Part shown: positions 20,596-29,478 of the stretch, piece by piece
Layout: each line of letters begins with the position of its first letter
How positions within the stretch are numbered: the stretch's first letter is position 1
From: Minisyncoccia bacterium
GTDB taxonomy: Bacteria; Patescibacteriota; Minisyncoccia; Phycocordibacterales; JAKFXT01
Length of the DNA: 64,000 nucleotides
Assembly: GCA_041485465.1 (NCBI GenBank)
Contig: JBGPJO010000001.1
Coordinates: 102,190-166,189, forward strand
Direction: 5' to 3'
The notes under the pieces: model-generated
The model's input: only the letters and a program-made list of their open reading frames with translations
What the model was told of the DNA's origin: nothing
Database searches by the model: none
Position numbers and translations under genes: made by a program

Positions 20596-21386
20596 GGCTC
20601 GATCTTATCATCCCCCTCATGCTCATAGCCCTTTGGATACCCTATGCATTTTGGAGGAGATCACAATCCCGCCAATATGCGATCCTAGGGTCACAAATGT
20701 CGCAAACCCCAGGCGGCAATATACAAAAAGATTCGCCGCCGAAAAAGAAATTTGGGGATTGGTGGGAATCACTCACCAAAGCAGATTACTTCCCAGTGGT
20801 GCTTGTCGTAATCGTCTACGCGGCTATTATGGTTGCGTTTGCTCTTCTCTTTCCGGAAACTTTCCAGGAGTGGGAAGGGACAAAGACAAAGATCTTCTGG
20901 GTGTTGTGGCTCGCCCTTCCGACTATCGTTGCGTTTTTCGCAAGAAAAGCCGGCGTGGTCGGTTGGATAGGGGCCGTGGTGCTTATCACCATCTGCTTTG
21001 TTGGGGGCGTCGTAGGTCTGTGGGGTCCTGATTTCTGGAAAAACTTAAGCCCCACCGCTGAAGATATAACGCCTCAATCTGAGCCAAACGTTAGTAAGGC
21101 CTCCATTAAATTGGAGCCCGGCGTCTGGCATGACCTTCGGGCGGAAGGGTTACTTCTTCTCTACCACAGCTTTGACATGAGAGCGTTCGGGTGCCTTGAG
21201 GTAATTTACAATCAAGACATTCCGCGTTTCTATTGCCCGAGCAACGTCCACCCCGATCTCCCAGTTTCCCAAGGAGCAGTCCATATTCCAGAAAACTGGA
21301 AATCACCAGCGACACTTTGGAATGTTCGTGTCCGCTCCTTAACAAAGGAGATTCAGGTCGCGATCATTACAAATAAACCGCGGTGA
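20592..21386 (+). CDS. Hypothetical polytopic membrane protein, translationally coupled to the SPFH gene (ATGA overlap)
   Basis: Four or more hydrophobic helices; no recognisable family; start overlaps the SPFH stop. Confidence 0.45.
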   Translation: MRLDLIIPLMLIALWIPYAFWRRSQSRQYAILGSQMSQTPGGNIQKDSPPKKKFGDWWESLTKADYFPVVLVVIVYAAIMVAFALLFPETFQEWEGTKTKIFWVLWLALPTIVAFFARKAGVVGWIGAVVLITICFVGGVVGLWGPDFWKNLSPTAEDITPQSEPNVSKASIKLEPGVWHDLRAEGLLLLYHSFDMRAFGCLEVIYNQDIPRFYCPSNVHPDLPVSQGAVHIPENWKSPATLWNVRVRSLTKEIQVAIITNKPR

Positions 21387-21448
21387 ATTGTTCAAAAGAC
21401 TAAAGGCGCATTCATTGTATGGATGCGTCTTTTCTTTTTAAATTCATT

Positions 21449-21691
21449 TTATTGGGCTACGGTTGCCTTGATGATATTAACGATTCCAATCGCTCCAACC
21501 ATAACAACAATTCCGATAATGCCGTAGAGAAGATGCCGCTTGCCATCTTCACGTGCCTTAAGATCATCTGCGGCATATACAAACTGAAACACACCCCACA
21601 GAAACATAAGGAAAGCCCACGAGAAAAGGAGAAGAACAATAGGGTTTACAATCGCATTCGAAACCCTATTGATTAAATCATCTACGGTCAT
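21449..21691 (-). CDS. Small two-TM protein, truncated paralog of the pilin-like family (no signal peptide)
   Basis: NPIVLLLFSWAFLMFLWGVFQFVYAADDLKAREDGKRHLLYGIIGIVVMVGAIGIV aligns with the mature regions of the five upstream paralogs. Confidence 0.5.
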   Translation of the reverse strand: MTVDDLINRVSNAIVNPIVLLLFSWAFLMFLWGVFQFVYAADDLKAREDGKRHLLYGIIGIVVMVGAIGIVNIIKATVAQ

Positions 21692-21718
21692 GGGAAAAGC
21701 CCAAAGACTAAAAGAATT

Positions 21719-22084
21719 TTAGAAACCACTTACCGTTGGAGCCTGCAAATTAGTCGTGTTATTTATACCGAGCGTTTGTTGAGCAAGCAATACAATACCG
21801 AAGAGCGATGCCATGACAAAAATGGCGACAAGCGCCCAGAGCATAATACCTCTGCCTTCCCTTTTGGTGTCGGTGCTCTGGGAGAATACATAAAGCATGA
21901 TGCCATAAAAGAATGCCAGAATCGCGAGAGCAAAGACAATCGGAAGAAGAGTCCTGACTATCACTCCGAACGTTTGGACGAGGGTTTGTAAGTTATTGAG
22001 CCCTGTTCCAACCTGCGCTAAAGCAAGAGCTGGAGCGATTGCCGCACCAAGAATGCTTCCTTTGAGAACCTTGTTTCTTAACAT
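21719..22084 (-). CDS. Small secreted two-TM protein, VirB2/TrbC-pilin-like topology (paralog 1)
   Basis: Signal peptide, then LPIVFALAILAFFYGIMLYVFSQSTDTKREGRGIMLWALVAIFVMASLFGIVLL: two hydrophobic helices split by a short charged loop. Confidence 0.55.
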   Translation of the reverse strand: MLRNKVLKGSILGAAIAPALALAQVGTGLNNLQTLVQTFGVIVRTLLPIVFALAILAFFYGIMLYVFSQSTDTKREGRGIMLWALVAIFVMASLFGIVLLAQQTLGINNTTNLQAPTVSGF

Positions 22085-22256
22085 ATACAGTACGCCTTTA
22101 AGAAAAATTATAGTAAATGACCTTTATTAATGCTTATTAATTATTACCGCTCCTATACCTTACACTCTAACAAAATAAGGATCTCTCGACAAACAGGCTT
22201 TGTGGATAGCCTAAGGACTGAATTTCGCTTATTTTACTCAAACTTAGCCTCCACCA

Positions 22257-22643
22257 TTATAAAGGATATGTCTGCGGCAGGCTATTTACTGTCGGAACAT
22301 TAAAATTACTCTGTTGGTCAACCCCGAATGTTTGCTGGGCAAGCTGAATAATGCCAAAGAGTGAAACCATTATAAATAAGGCAATCAATGACCAGAGCAT
22401 GATGCTCTTGCCGTCTTTTTTATCTTCCATGCTTTGTGAAAAAATATAGCGGAAAATACCCCAGAAGAAAGCGAGGATCGCAAGACCAAAGACAATCGGG
22501 AGAGCCGTTTTTACCAGCCGGCCGATACCGTTTAATAATGTGCTTGCAATGCTGATGGCGTCTTGGGCGGCGTAGGCTGATGTCGGAATAAGAGCGAGTA
22601 AAATAATGGTCCCACCCGTATAGAGTTTTTTCATATGATACAA
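22257..22643 (-). CDS. Small secreted two-TM protein, VirB2/TrbC-pilin-like topology (paralog 2)
   Basis: LPIVFGLAILAFFWGIFRYIFSQSMEDKKDGKSIMLWSLIALFIMVSLFGII; roughly 60% identity to paralog 1 in the core. Confidence 0.55.
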   Translation of the reverse strand: MYHMKKLYTGGTIILLALIPTSAYAAQDAISIASTLLNGIGRLVKTALPIVFGLAILAFFWGIFRYIFSQSMEDKKDGKSIMLWSLIALFIMVSLFGIIQLAQQTFGVDQQSNFNVPTVNSLPQTYPL

Positions 22644-22709
22644 ATTAGTAATATCTAAACTGTAACGCCTCCGAGAACCCTGTCAAAGAAAATATCCCCT
22701 GGCTCTCCT

Positions 22710-23006
22710 CTACTGCTGAAGAATAGTTCTCTCAAAAACCGCGACAATGCCCCAGATAGAGAAGACAACAAAAAGAGCAACGAGTCCCCAGCCCATAATA
22801 GCCTTGCTTTTACCTTTTTCCGCTTCCGCATTTGAGAAAACATAGCGAGTAATACCCCATAAAAAGGTAAGAATGATGAGGCCGCTTAAGACTGGAATTG
22901 CGAGATTGATCACGCCCACCACTCTTCCAACCAAAGAGGCGAAGGTGGGCGCCGCAAGCGCGACTGCAGGAATACCTGAGATTAATAACGCAATTACTAT
23001 TTGCAT
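22710..23006 (-). CDS. Small secreted two-TM protein, VirB2/TrbC-pilin-like topology (paralog 3)
   Basis: IPVLSGLIILTFLWGITRYVFSNAEAEKGKSKAIMGWGLVALFVVFSIWGIV. Confidence 0.5.
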   Translation of the reverse strand: MQIVIALLISGIPAVALAAPTFASLVGRVVGVINLAIPVLSGLIILTFLWGITRYVFSNAEAEKGKSKAIMGWGLVALFVVFSIWGIVAVFERTILQQ

Positions 23007-23431
23007 GTTTGCTGTCCCGTTACCTGGTTAATAGTTCCGCAAATAACTTGTGAGAGTGTTTGAGCCCCAAGGAGTATCAACCCACCGATTATCGTCCAGA
23101 ATATCGCTTGTTTCGCGCGTGCGAGAGTCGTCTCATTACCTCGCGCAGTGACAAAGAGAAAGCCTGCATAGACAAGAAAGAAAATGACAACCGGCGCGCC
23201 GATTGCGACAACTATTTGGAGAATTCGGGCGACTAGTTTCTGAATCGAAGTAACATTTAGGGGATTTTGAAGCTGGGTAACACTACCGTTCCCGCCAGGA
23301 TTAACACCCCCTGTATTTCCACCTGCCGCATCGCTGATGAGAGGAAAAGTAACAAAAACATAGCCACAATATATAACTGCAATAACCATTAATATTAACA
23401 GGTGTTGCCGACGTAATAATAAAGATTTCAT
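22997..23431 (-). CDS. Small secreted two-TM protein, VirB2/TrbC-pilin-like topology (paralog 4, divergent)
   Basis: APVVIFFLVYAGFLFVTARGNETTLARAKQAIFWTIIGGLILLGAQ, with a Gly/Asn-rich linker after the signal peptide. Confidence 0.5.
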   Translation of the reverse strand: MKSLLLRRQHLLILMVIAVIYCGYVFVTFPLISDAAGGNTGGVNPGGNGSVTQLQNPLNVTSIQKLVARILQIVVAIGAPVVIFFLVYAGFLFVTARGNETTLARAKQAIFWTIIGGLILLGAQTLSQVICGTINQVTGQQTCK

Positions 23432-23433
23432 AT

Positions 23434-23814
23434 TTAATTTCCTAAAAATTGACCCCCGGGACCTCCGGGATTTCCTAAGGTACTTACTATTAATTTAACC
23501 ACAAGCCAGGCGGATGCCATAAATACCAGACCCCAGAATGCCGTTGTAAAAATGCTCTTCGCCTTGCTCAAATTTTTCCCGCTGCCCGCATCGGTGACAT
23601 AGAGAAATCCGGCATAGGCAAAAAGAAGGGCTGCAACGGGCGCTGCCACGATAAACAAAAAATTAATTATGTTCTCAATCAATGTGCGAAGCGCGTTAAA
23701 ATCGCAATCAGCTCCGCTGCATGGAACAAGGCCTTGGGCGGCAACGGAAGAAGCGGTGTAAAGATAATAAAAGACGAGAGTAAAAAATAGTGCTGATTGG
23801 CGAAGAAAAATCAT
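23434..23814 (-). CDS. Small secreted two-TM protein, VirB2/TrbC-pilin-like topology (paralog 5). Start set to Met 23814 rather than the track's 23985.
   Basis: Internal Met MIFLRQSALFFTLVFYYLYTASSVAAQG gives a signal peptide and removes the overlap with the upstream gene. Core APVAALLFAYAGFLYVTDAGSGKNLSKAKSIFTTAFWGLVFMASAWLVV. Confidence 0.5.
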   Translation of the reverse strand: MIFLRQSALFFTLVFYYLYTASSVAAQGLVPCSGADCDFNALRTLIENIINFLFIVAAPVAALLFAYAGFLYVTDAGSGKNLSKAKSIFTTAFWGLVFMASAWLVVKLIVSTLGNPGGPGGQFLGN

Positions 23815-23815
23815 A

Positions 23816-25111
23816 TTATTGAACAAGATTTCTGATAAGTAACCCGAGTTCAGAGTTCGCCCGGTTGAGGGCACCACTGATCCGATCTTTTCCTGAAATA
23901 ATCGATTCGACCATTTCTTTGAAGATTGCCGTGGTATCTTCGGGCGAAGGATCTTTCCAAGATTTTGCCATGATCGCAGAAGCATAAAAGACTGAAGAAT
24001 AGGGATCTGAAGGCGGGGTGGAAAGAAGATCCCTCCTCACCGGCGGAAGTCCGATTTCATTTTCAAGCTCACGGAGAATATCGGATGATGCCATCCGCAG
24101 GACGGCAGTGACGGCCGCGGTAGTGTTTTTGCCCTGCTTTGGAATGACAAGAGCATAGAGCTTGCCGTACGTAAGACGCGTTTTGCTGTCCCTGATTTGG
24201 GGCAAGACGGTTACATCAAAATCAAGATTCGGGTTTTTACTTCTGATATTTTTAAGCTCGCTTGCAAAACCAAAATATGTAGCGAGTTCCTCACCGATAA
24301 ACGCGTCGCTTGAACCGGGTAAAGATTTATTCCATGAATAGGCGGCATTCACCGGATTCGAAAATTCCGTGTAGAAACGAAGAGCGGCTTCGGCAGGAGG
24401 ACTACTCATACCAAGCGTGTCACTCAGAACCGTCTTTAAATTACCCTGCTGATCAGGAGCGGTAATCGGATCCCCGGCCTGAAGAATCATCCCCGAGAGA
24501 AGCTCTTTGAAATTCGTTATATTGATGGTGTCACCGAGCGCGACAATAGTTTTTTTGATGTTGCCGGCATCGTCTTTTTCGTTGAACTTTGGTGCCAGAG
24601 TAAAAAATTCATCCCAATGCTTAGGTGGTGTTGAAAGAGCCTTTGAAGAAAACATACTGCGGTTCCAATACATGACCAAAGGATCAACTGCAAAGGGTAG
24701 TCCTATAGCGCCTTGCGGCGTCCAAAATATCTCCGCACCATCGATAAAGGTATCCTTGAAATCCCTCTCCGAGAGGCTTGCGCTCGGAATCGGCAACAAT
24801 TTATTTTCTTCCTTAAGAAGAAGACTCTCCGGAAGAATAACCAGGTCGGGGCTTCTGCCGCTTGCAAGAGCGTCAACAAATTCACTTTCAAACGTTGTTC
24901 CGTCTTTTTCAACGTACTGAAGCGTCACCCCCGCCGCCTTAAGTGTGGCCGAGTTTGAAAAAATGGTCATCGCCTCTTCCGGAAATGTCCCCCAGACAAC
25001 AAGCGTCGGCAAGGTGTTGCTGTTACTTCCACGGAAAAGAGCAAATGCGCCGACACCCAAAAGCAAAAAGACGATAAATGCTCCGAGCACAATGGTTTGA
25101 AAAGTGTTCAT
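23816..25111 (-). CDS. Membrane-anchored extracellular solute-binding protein (ABC-type SBP family 1-like); no permease or ATPase genes adjacent
   Basis: N-terminal TM anchor, then a 400-aa periplasmic-binding-protein-like fold (TLVVWGTFPEE.., ..GLPFAVDPLVMYWN..). Confidence 0.55.
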   Translation of the reverse strand: MNTFQTIVLGAFIVFLLLGVGAFALFRGSNSNTLPTLVVWGTFPEEAMTIFSNSATLKAAGVTLQYVEKDGTTFESEFVDALASGRSPDLVILPESLLLKEENKLLPIPSASLSERDFKDTFIDGAEIFWTPQGAIGLPFAVDPLVMYWNRSMFSSKALSTPPKHWDEFFTLAPKFNEKDDAGNIKKTIVALGDTINITNFKELLSGMILQAGDPITAPDQQGNLKTVLSDTLGMSSPPAEAALRFYTEFSNPVNAAYSWNKSLPGSSDAFIGEELATYFGFASELKNIRSKNPNLDFDVTVLPQIRDSKTRLTYGKLYALVIPKQGKNTTAAVTAVLRMASSDILRELENEIGLPPVRRDLLSTPPSDPYSSVFYASAIMAKSWKDPSPEDTTAIFKEMVESIISGKDRISGALNRANSELGLLIRNLVQ

Positions 25112-25638
25112 CGTTTTATGAAAAGAAATCCGTAATGGTGATCGCCCGCCTCAAATTCTAAGAGGAGCGAAAGGCCGCAACTTAACAGGAGACTCTCTGC
25201 CATACTTTTACTTAAAACATCTTTCTCCTGAGGACCGATGCCTCCAAATGAATCGCTCCAATCGATGAGAAGCACCTTTCCACCTTTTTTAAGAATTCTC
25301 ACTGCTTCGTCAACAACATTTTTCTTATTTTCAACTTGAAATAAGATATTTGAAAGAATAACCGCATCAACCGTCTGATCTTTAAGCTTCGTACTTTCCT
25401 TCCCTTCAATGTCCGCCCAGATCGGGTAGATGTTCTGAAGCCGCAGTTTTGACGCCTCGCGCTTAAGTTTACCGAGCAAGTCCTGTTGAATATCGACTGC
25501 GTAAACTTTACCATTGTCTCCAACGAGATTGGCTGAAGCTATGGCGTAGCGTCCCGAACCGGCACCGATATCAATAACGCTCATCCCTTTTTGAAGTTCG
25601 AGATGCGAAAGATTTAGAATTGGATCAGTAAAGGCCAT
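25108..25638 (-). CDS. Class I SAM-dependent methyltransferase
   Basis: VIDIGAGSGRYAI (motif I), ..VDAVILSNILFQV.., ..GGKVLLIDW. 4-nt overlap with the downstream SBP gene. Confidence 0.75.
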   Translation of the reverse strand: MAFTDPILNLSHLELQKGMSVIDIGAGSGRYAIASANLVGDNGKVYAVDIQQDLLGKLKREASKLRLQNIYPIWADIEGKESTKLKDQTVDAVILSNILFQVENKKNVVDEAVRILKKGGKVLLIDWSDSFGGIGPQEKDVLSKSMAESLLLSCGLSLLLEFEAGDHHYGFLFIKR

Positions 25639-25726
25639 CGGTCACTTAAGTATACCGCACGGGTTTGTTTGAGACAGTACGTTTTTCAACAATTACGCTT
25701 TTAAAAAACCACGTTCGAGCACTCCT

Positions 25727-28177
25727 CTACAAACAAATGATTGAGGCAATTGAATCCCCCTGATAGAGCTTCATGACGCGCACCCCTTGGGTTGCGCGCG
25801 AGAGCGTCGGGATTTCTTTGAGGTCAACCCTAATCACCTGGCTTTTCTTTGAAATAGCAATGACTTCAGAATCGGGATTAAAGACGACTTTGCCGGTGAT
25901 AATCGCGCCGGTTTTAGGCGTGACTTTTGCGGTTTTGATGCCCGAGCCGCCGCGCTTCTGAATTTTATATTCTGTAAGAGACGTGCGTTTGCCGTATCCG
26001 TTATTGCTGATGACGAGAAGCTCCGGGGCTTCATATTCTTTACGAACAACCTCAGCGGCAACAACCGCATCTCCTTTTGCAATTTTAATGACACGAACTC
26101 CTCCCGCCGCTCTTCCCATTTCGCGCACATCGGACTCTTTGAAACGAATGGATTGCCCTTTTGAGCTTCCAATGATCACCGTATCCCCTTTTCCCACAAA
26201 AAATGCCGAGACAAGTGCGTCACCCGAATCAAGCTTGATTGCGATGATGCCGCTCCGTCTCACATCATGGAAATTTTTTGCCGCCGTTTTTTTACCCGTA
26301 CCGTTTTTGGTAACCATAAGAAGCGCCGCCTCGCTCTTTTTAATATCTTTCGACATGGGGAGAATCGAGGAAATTTTTTCGTCAGCGGTCAGTGAGAGGT
26401 AGTTCATGATCGACTTACCGCGCGTTGCGCGCCTGCCTTCCGGAATATCGTACATTTTTATCTTATAGACTTTGCCTTTGTCAGTGAAAAAGAGAAGATC
26501 GCTATGGGTTGAGGTCGTCAAAAACTGAGTGATAAAATCTTCTTCTTTGGTGTCAAGATCGATAACGCCAACGCCGCCTCTTTTTTGCTTGCGATATTCA
26601 TCCGGATTTGTCCGCTTAACATAGCCACCCGCCGTGTAGACCAAGACCGATTCTTCCTCCGGGACCAAATCTTCATCCGAGAGCGCTTTCACTGCGTGCT
26701 TTACGATTTTCGTCTTCCGCTCATCGCCGTATTTTTCCGAAATTTCTTTGAGCTCGTCTTTAATAACGGTCGAGATTTTTTTCGGACTTCCTAAAAGTTC
26801 TTTAAGCTCTCCAATAAGCACCTGCACTTCGCGGAGTTCATCTTCGATTTTTTTCCGCTCAAGTCCGGCAAGTCTCTGAAGCCGCATGTCGAGAATTGCG
26901 TTTGCCTGTAGCTCCGAGAATTTGAACTCTTTCATGAGCGCAAAGCGGGCCGTCTCAACGTCTTTCGATTTCTTGATCAGTTTTATAATTTCATCGATGT
27001 GGTCAAGCGCTTTTTTCAGTCCGAGAAGAATGTGTTCACGGCCTTCCGCTTGCCGTAAATCAAACTCGGTGCGGCGGCGAACGACGAGCTTCCGGTGTTT
27101 GATAAACTCCTCAAGAATTGATTTGAGAGAGAGCGTCTGCGGCACACCGTCGACAAGTGCCACCATGTTGTAATGAAAAGCCTCCTCAAGACGGGTGTGT
27201 TTATAGAGATAATTCAAAACCTTCTGTGGCTCGATCCCCTGCTTCAAATCAATCGCAATCCGAATGTCTCTCGTCGACTCATCCCGCAAGCCCTTAATGC
27301 CTTCAATTTTTTTATCACGCACCAAATCCGCAATCGACATGATGAGATCGGATTTGTTAACACGGAACGGAATTGAAGTAATGATAATTTGGTACACCCC
27401 TCCCTTGGTCTCAACAACATCTGCCTCGCCGCGAACAACCACTCCGCCTTTACCGTTTGCGTAGGCGTGATGAATGTCTTTTTCATTGTAGGCAATCCCC
27501 CCCATCGGAAAATCAGGACCTTTAATAAATTGGAGAAGCTCTTCGGTTGTCGCATCCGCATTATCTATAAGATGAATCGTTGCTTCCGAGACTTCTTTAA
27601 GATTGTGCGGCGGAATGTCGGACGCCATGCCAACCGCGATGCCCAAGGTGCCGTTTAAAAGAAGATTCGGAACAGAAGACGGTAAGACTATCGGCTCTTT
27701 GCGCGTCGAATCATAGTTCGGACGGAAACTGACGGTTTCTTTTTCAAGATCACGCAAAAGCTCTGCGGAGAGGCGCGACATTTTTGCCTCGGTATAGCGC
27801 ATCGCCGCGGCAGAGTCCCCATCAATTGAACCAAAGTTTCCCTGGCCGATTACGAGCGGGTAACGATAGGTAAAATTTTGTGCCATCTTTACCATCGCGT
27901 CATACACGGCAGTATCGCCGTGTGGGTGGTACTTTCCGAGAACATCTCCGACAATCGCGGCGGATTTTCTCTGTTTTGCGGACGCGGTAAGACCCATTTC
28001 CTGCATCGCAAAAAGAATGCGGCGATGAACCGGCTTGAAACCGTCGCGGACATCAGGAAGCGCACGTCCGGTAATAACGGACATGGCATAGTCAAGATAG
28101 CTCTCGCGCATTTCGGTTGAAATCGACCGCTCTAAGATGCCACGCTTTGCATCCTTTTTCTCCTCTTCTTTAGCCAT
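25727..28177 (-). CDS. gyrA: DNA gyrase subunit A
   Basis: [34 protein letters not shown], the [10 protein letters not shown] signature, and C-terminal beta-pinwheel repeats. Confidence 0.95.
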   Translation of the reverse strand: MAKEEEKKDAKRGILERSISTEMRESYLDYAMSVITGRALPDVRDGFKPVHRRILFAMQEMGLTASAKQRKSAAIVGDVLGKYHPHGDTAVYDAMVKMAQNFTYRYPLVIGQGNFGSIDGDSAAAMRYTEAKMSRLSAELLRDLEKETVSFRPNYDSTRKEPIVLPSSVPNLLLNGTLGIAVGMASDIPPHNLKEVSEATIHLIDNADATTEELLQFIKGPDFPMGGIAYNEKDIHHAYANGKGGVVVRGEADVVETKGGVYQIIITSIPFRVNKSDLIMSIADLVRDKKIEGIKGLRDESTRDIRIAIDLKQGIEPQKVLNYLYKHTRLEEAFHYNMVALVDGVPQTLSLKSILEEFIKHRKLVVRRRTEFDLRQAEGREHILLGLKKALDHIDEIIKLIKKSKDVETARFALMKEFKFSELQANAILDMRLQRLAGLERKKIEDELREVQVLIGELKELLGSPKKISTVIKDELKEISEKYGDERKTKIVKHAVKALSDEDLVPEEESVLVYTAGGYVKRTNPDEYRKQKRGGVGVIDLDTKEEDFITQFLTTSTHSDLLFFTDKGKVYKIKMYDIPEGRRATRGKSIMNYLSLTADEKISSILPMSKDIKKSEAALLMVTKNGTGKKTAAKNFHDVRRSGIIAIKLDSGDALVSAFFVGKGDTVIIGSSKGQSIRFKESDVREMGRAAGGVRVIKIAKGDAVVAAEVVRKEYEAPELLVISNNGYGKRTSLTEYKIQKRGGSGIKTAKVTPKTGAIITGKVVFNPDSEVIAISKKSQVIRVDLKEIPTLSRATQGVRVMKLYQGDSIASIICL

Positions 28178-28231
28178 AATTTACTTGAATTTTAGCACAA
28201 AAAGCTTCCAAAGAAAAGCCCGGAAAATGGC

Positions 28232-28546
28232 TTATTGATTGTTTAAATCAGCAGAACTTGAGCCTTGAAAAAGTGATTTAAGTTCTTTAAAAGAAGCAGA
28301 AACCTGGGCGACACTTTCCTTCAAAGATTCAAAGGGCGAAGGAGACTCTGATACGATATTTTTCTCAGATTGGATATCATCTTTTGTGACAATGACAGCA
28401 GTGCTTCCGATACTCGTAAAAAAAGCGGAAATCCAGATCAAAAAAATCGCGCCGGTCAAACCGAATGAGATCCCGAGTGCAACCATCTGACGCTCTCTTT
28501 CCGGTTTTCCCCTTAATCTCGCGAGAAATTCGAACATAGAATTCAT
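28232..28546 (-). CDS. Hypothetical small membrane protein
   Basis: One TM helix (GISFGLTGAIFLIWISAFF); start overlaps the upstream MBL-fold gene. Confidence 0.4.
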   Translation of the reverse strand: MNSMFEFLARLRGKPERERQMVALGISFGLTGAIFLIWISAFFTSIGSTAVIVTKDDIQSEKNIVSESPSPFESLKESVAQVSASFKELKSLFQGSSSADLNNQ

Positions 28547-29178
28547 GAGGCGCTCGAAGTGAGCACGACGATATCGCCTTCCTTTCCTTCAAGATCCTTT
28601 TTCTTGATGGTCAGTTTTTCAATCTCCTCTCCTCCCCCTTCGCCTTCTTTAAGAAACGTTTTTAACGCGGCCTTTCCGGAAGCATCATCCCCATAATGCA
28701 TGGGAATAATGACGTGCGGCTCGATTGATACGGCGAGTTTGTAAGCTTCGGAAGCGTTTAAAACATCGCCACCGCCGATCGGCACGAAAAGAACATCAAC
28801 CTCTTCAAAAGCCGCTTTTGCCTCCTGCGGGATTTCTTTCGTCGAAAGAGCGCCCAAGAAACAAAGACTCATTCCCTCAAGAGACATAAAGTAGATTGTG
28901 TTGAATTTTCCCTCTTTGTTTTTTCCGCCAGGAAACCCTTTTATGAAAACTTCTTTAATTTCGTATTCGCCGGGACTGGAGATAACAAAGGGCTTCTTCT
29001 CGCCAAAAGTAACCTGTTCTATACCGTTTGTCTCTGTCGTATCAATGGAGATGAGAGTGATGTCAGCTCCGAATTTCGAACTCTTTAGCTTTGAATCTTT
29101 CGAGACGGGGTTAAAAGCGACAACCAAATCGCCGAATTGGACCTTGAAGAATTCATGGCCGAAATAGTTGATAACCAT
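28543..29178 (-). CDS. MBL-fold (Lactamase_B_3-like) protein with a substituted HxHxDH metal-binding motif
   Basis: Fold signature EVDVLFVPIGGGDVLNASEAYKLAVSIEPHVIIPMHYG, but the position expected for HGHGDH reads ADITLISIDTTETNG. Confidence 0.6.
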   Translation of the reverse strand: MVINYFGHEFFKVQFGDLVVAFNPVSKDSKLKSSKFGADITLISIDTTETNGIEQVTFGEKKPFVISSPGEYEIKEVFIKGFPGGKNKEGKFNTIYFMSLEGMSLCFLGALSTKEIPQEAKAAFEEVDVLFVPIGGGDVLNASEAYKLAVSIEPHVIIPMHYGDDASGKAALKTFLKEGEGGGEEIEKLTIKKKDLEGKEGDIVVLTSSAS

Positions 29179-29239
29179 AGGAGCACACTATACCATGTCA
29201 GTGGTATTATACCTAAAAATGGCTTTGTAAAGGCATATA

Positions 29240-29299
29240 TTGACAATTTATTTTAATTATTGTCTAACTATTGACACTACTTTAATAGTATGATAACAT
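29240..29299 (+). promoter_or_regulatory. Two sigma70-like promoters (TTGACA boxes at 29240 and 29271; -10 taacat at 29294) driving the GC-rich unit
   Basis: ttgacaatttattttaattattgtctaactattgacactactttaatagtatgataacat. Confidence 0.5.
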
Positions 29300-29346
29300 T
29301 TATGTACCGCTAATGGAGCGGCCGTTCATCAACAATGGAGGATCTC

Positions 29347-29478
29347 GTGATCCGAAATATTCGTGGTTCGCCGGCCTCGACCTCTACTGGCCACGCACAC
29401 TTCAATGCGAAAAACTTTTACTCCGACATCGATCATGTCGACACCACCGAGCACATCGGCGCCGCCGGCGACTTCTGA
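29347..29478 (+). other. Candidate small ORF (GTG start, 43 aa: MIRNIRGSPASTSTGHAHFNAKNFYSDIDHVDTTEHIGAAGDF) inside a GC-rich structured transcript
   Basis: GGAGGA 4 nt upstream of the GTG; followed by three consecutive hairpins and a T-run (29480-29605). Confidence 0.3.
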
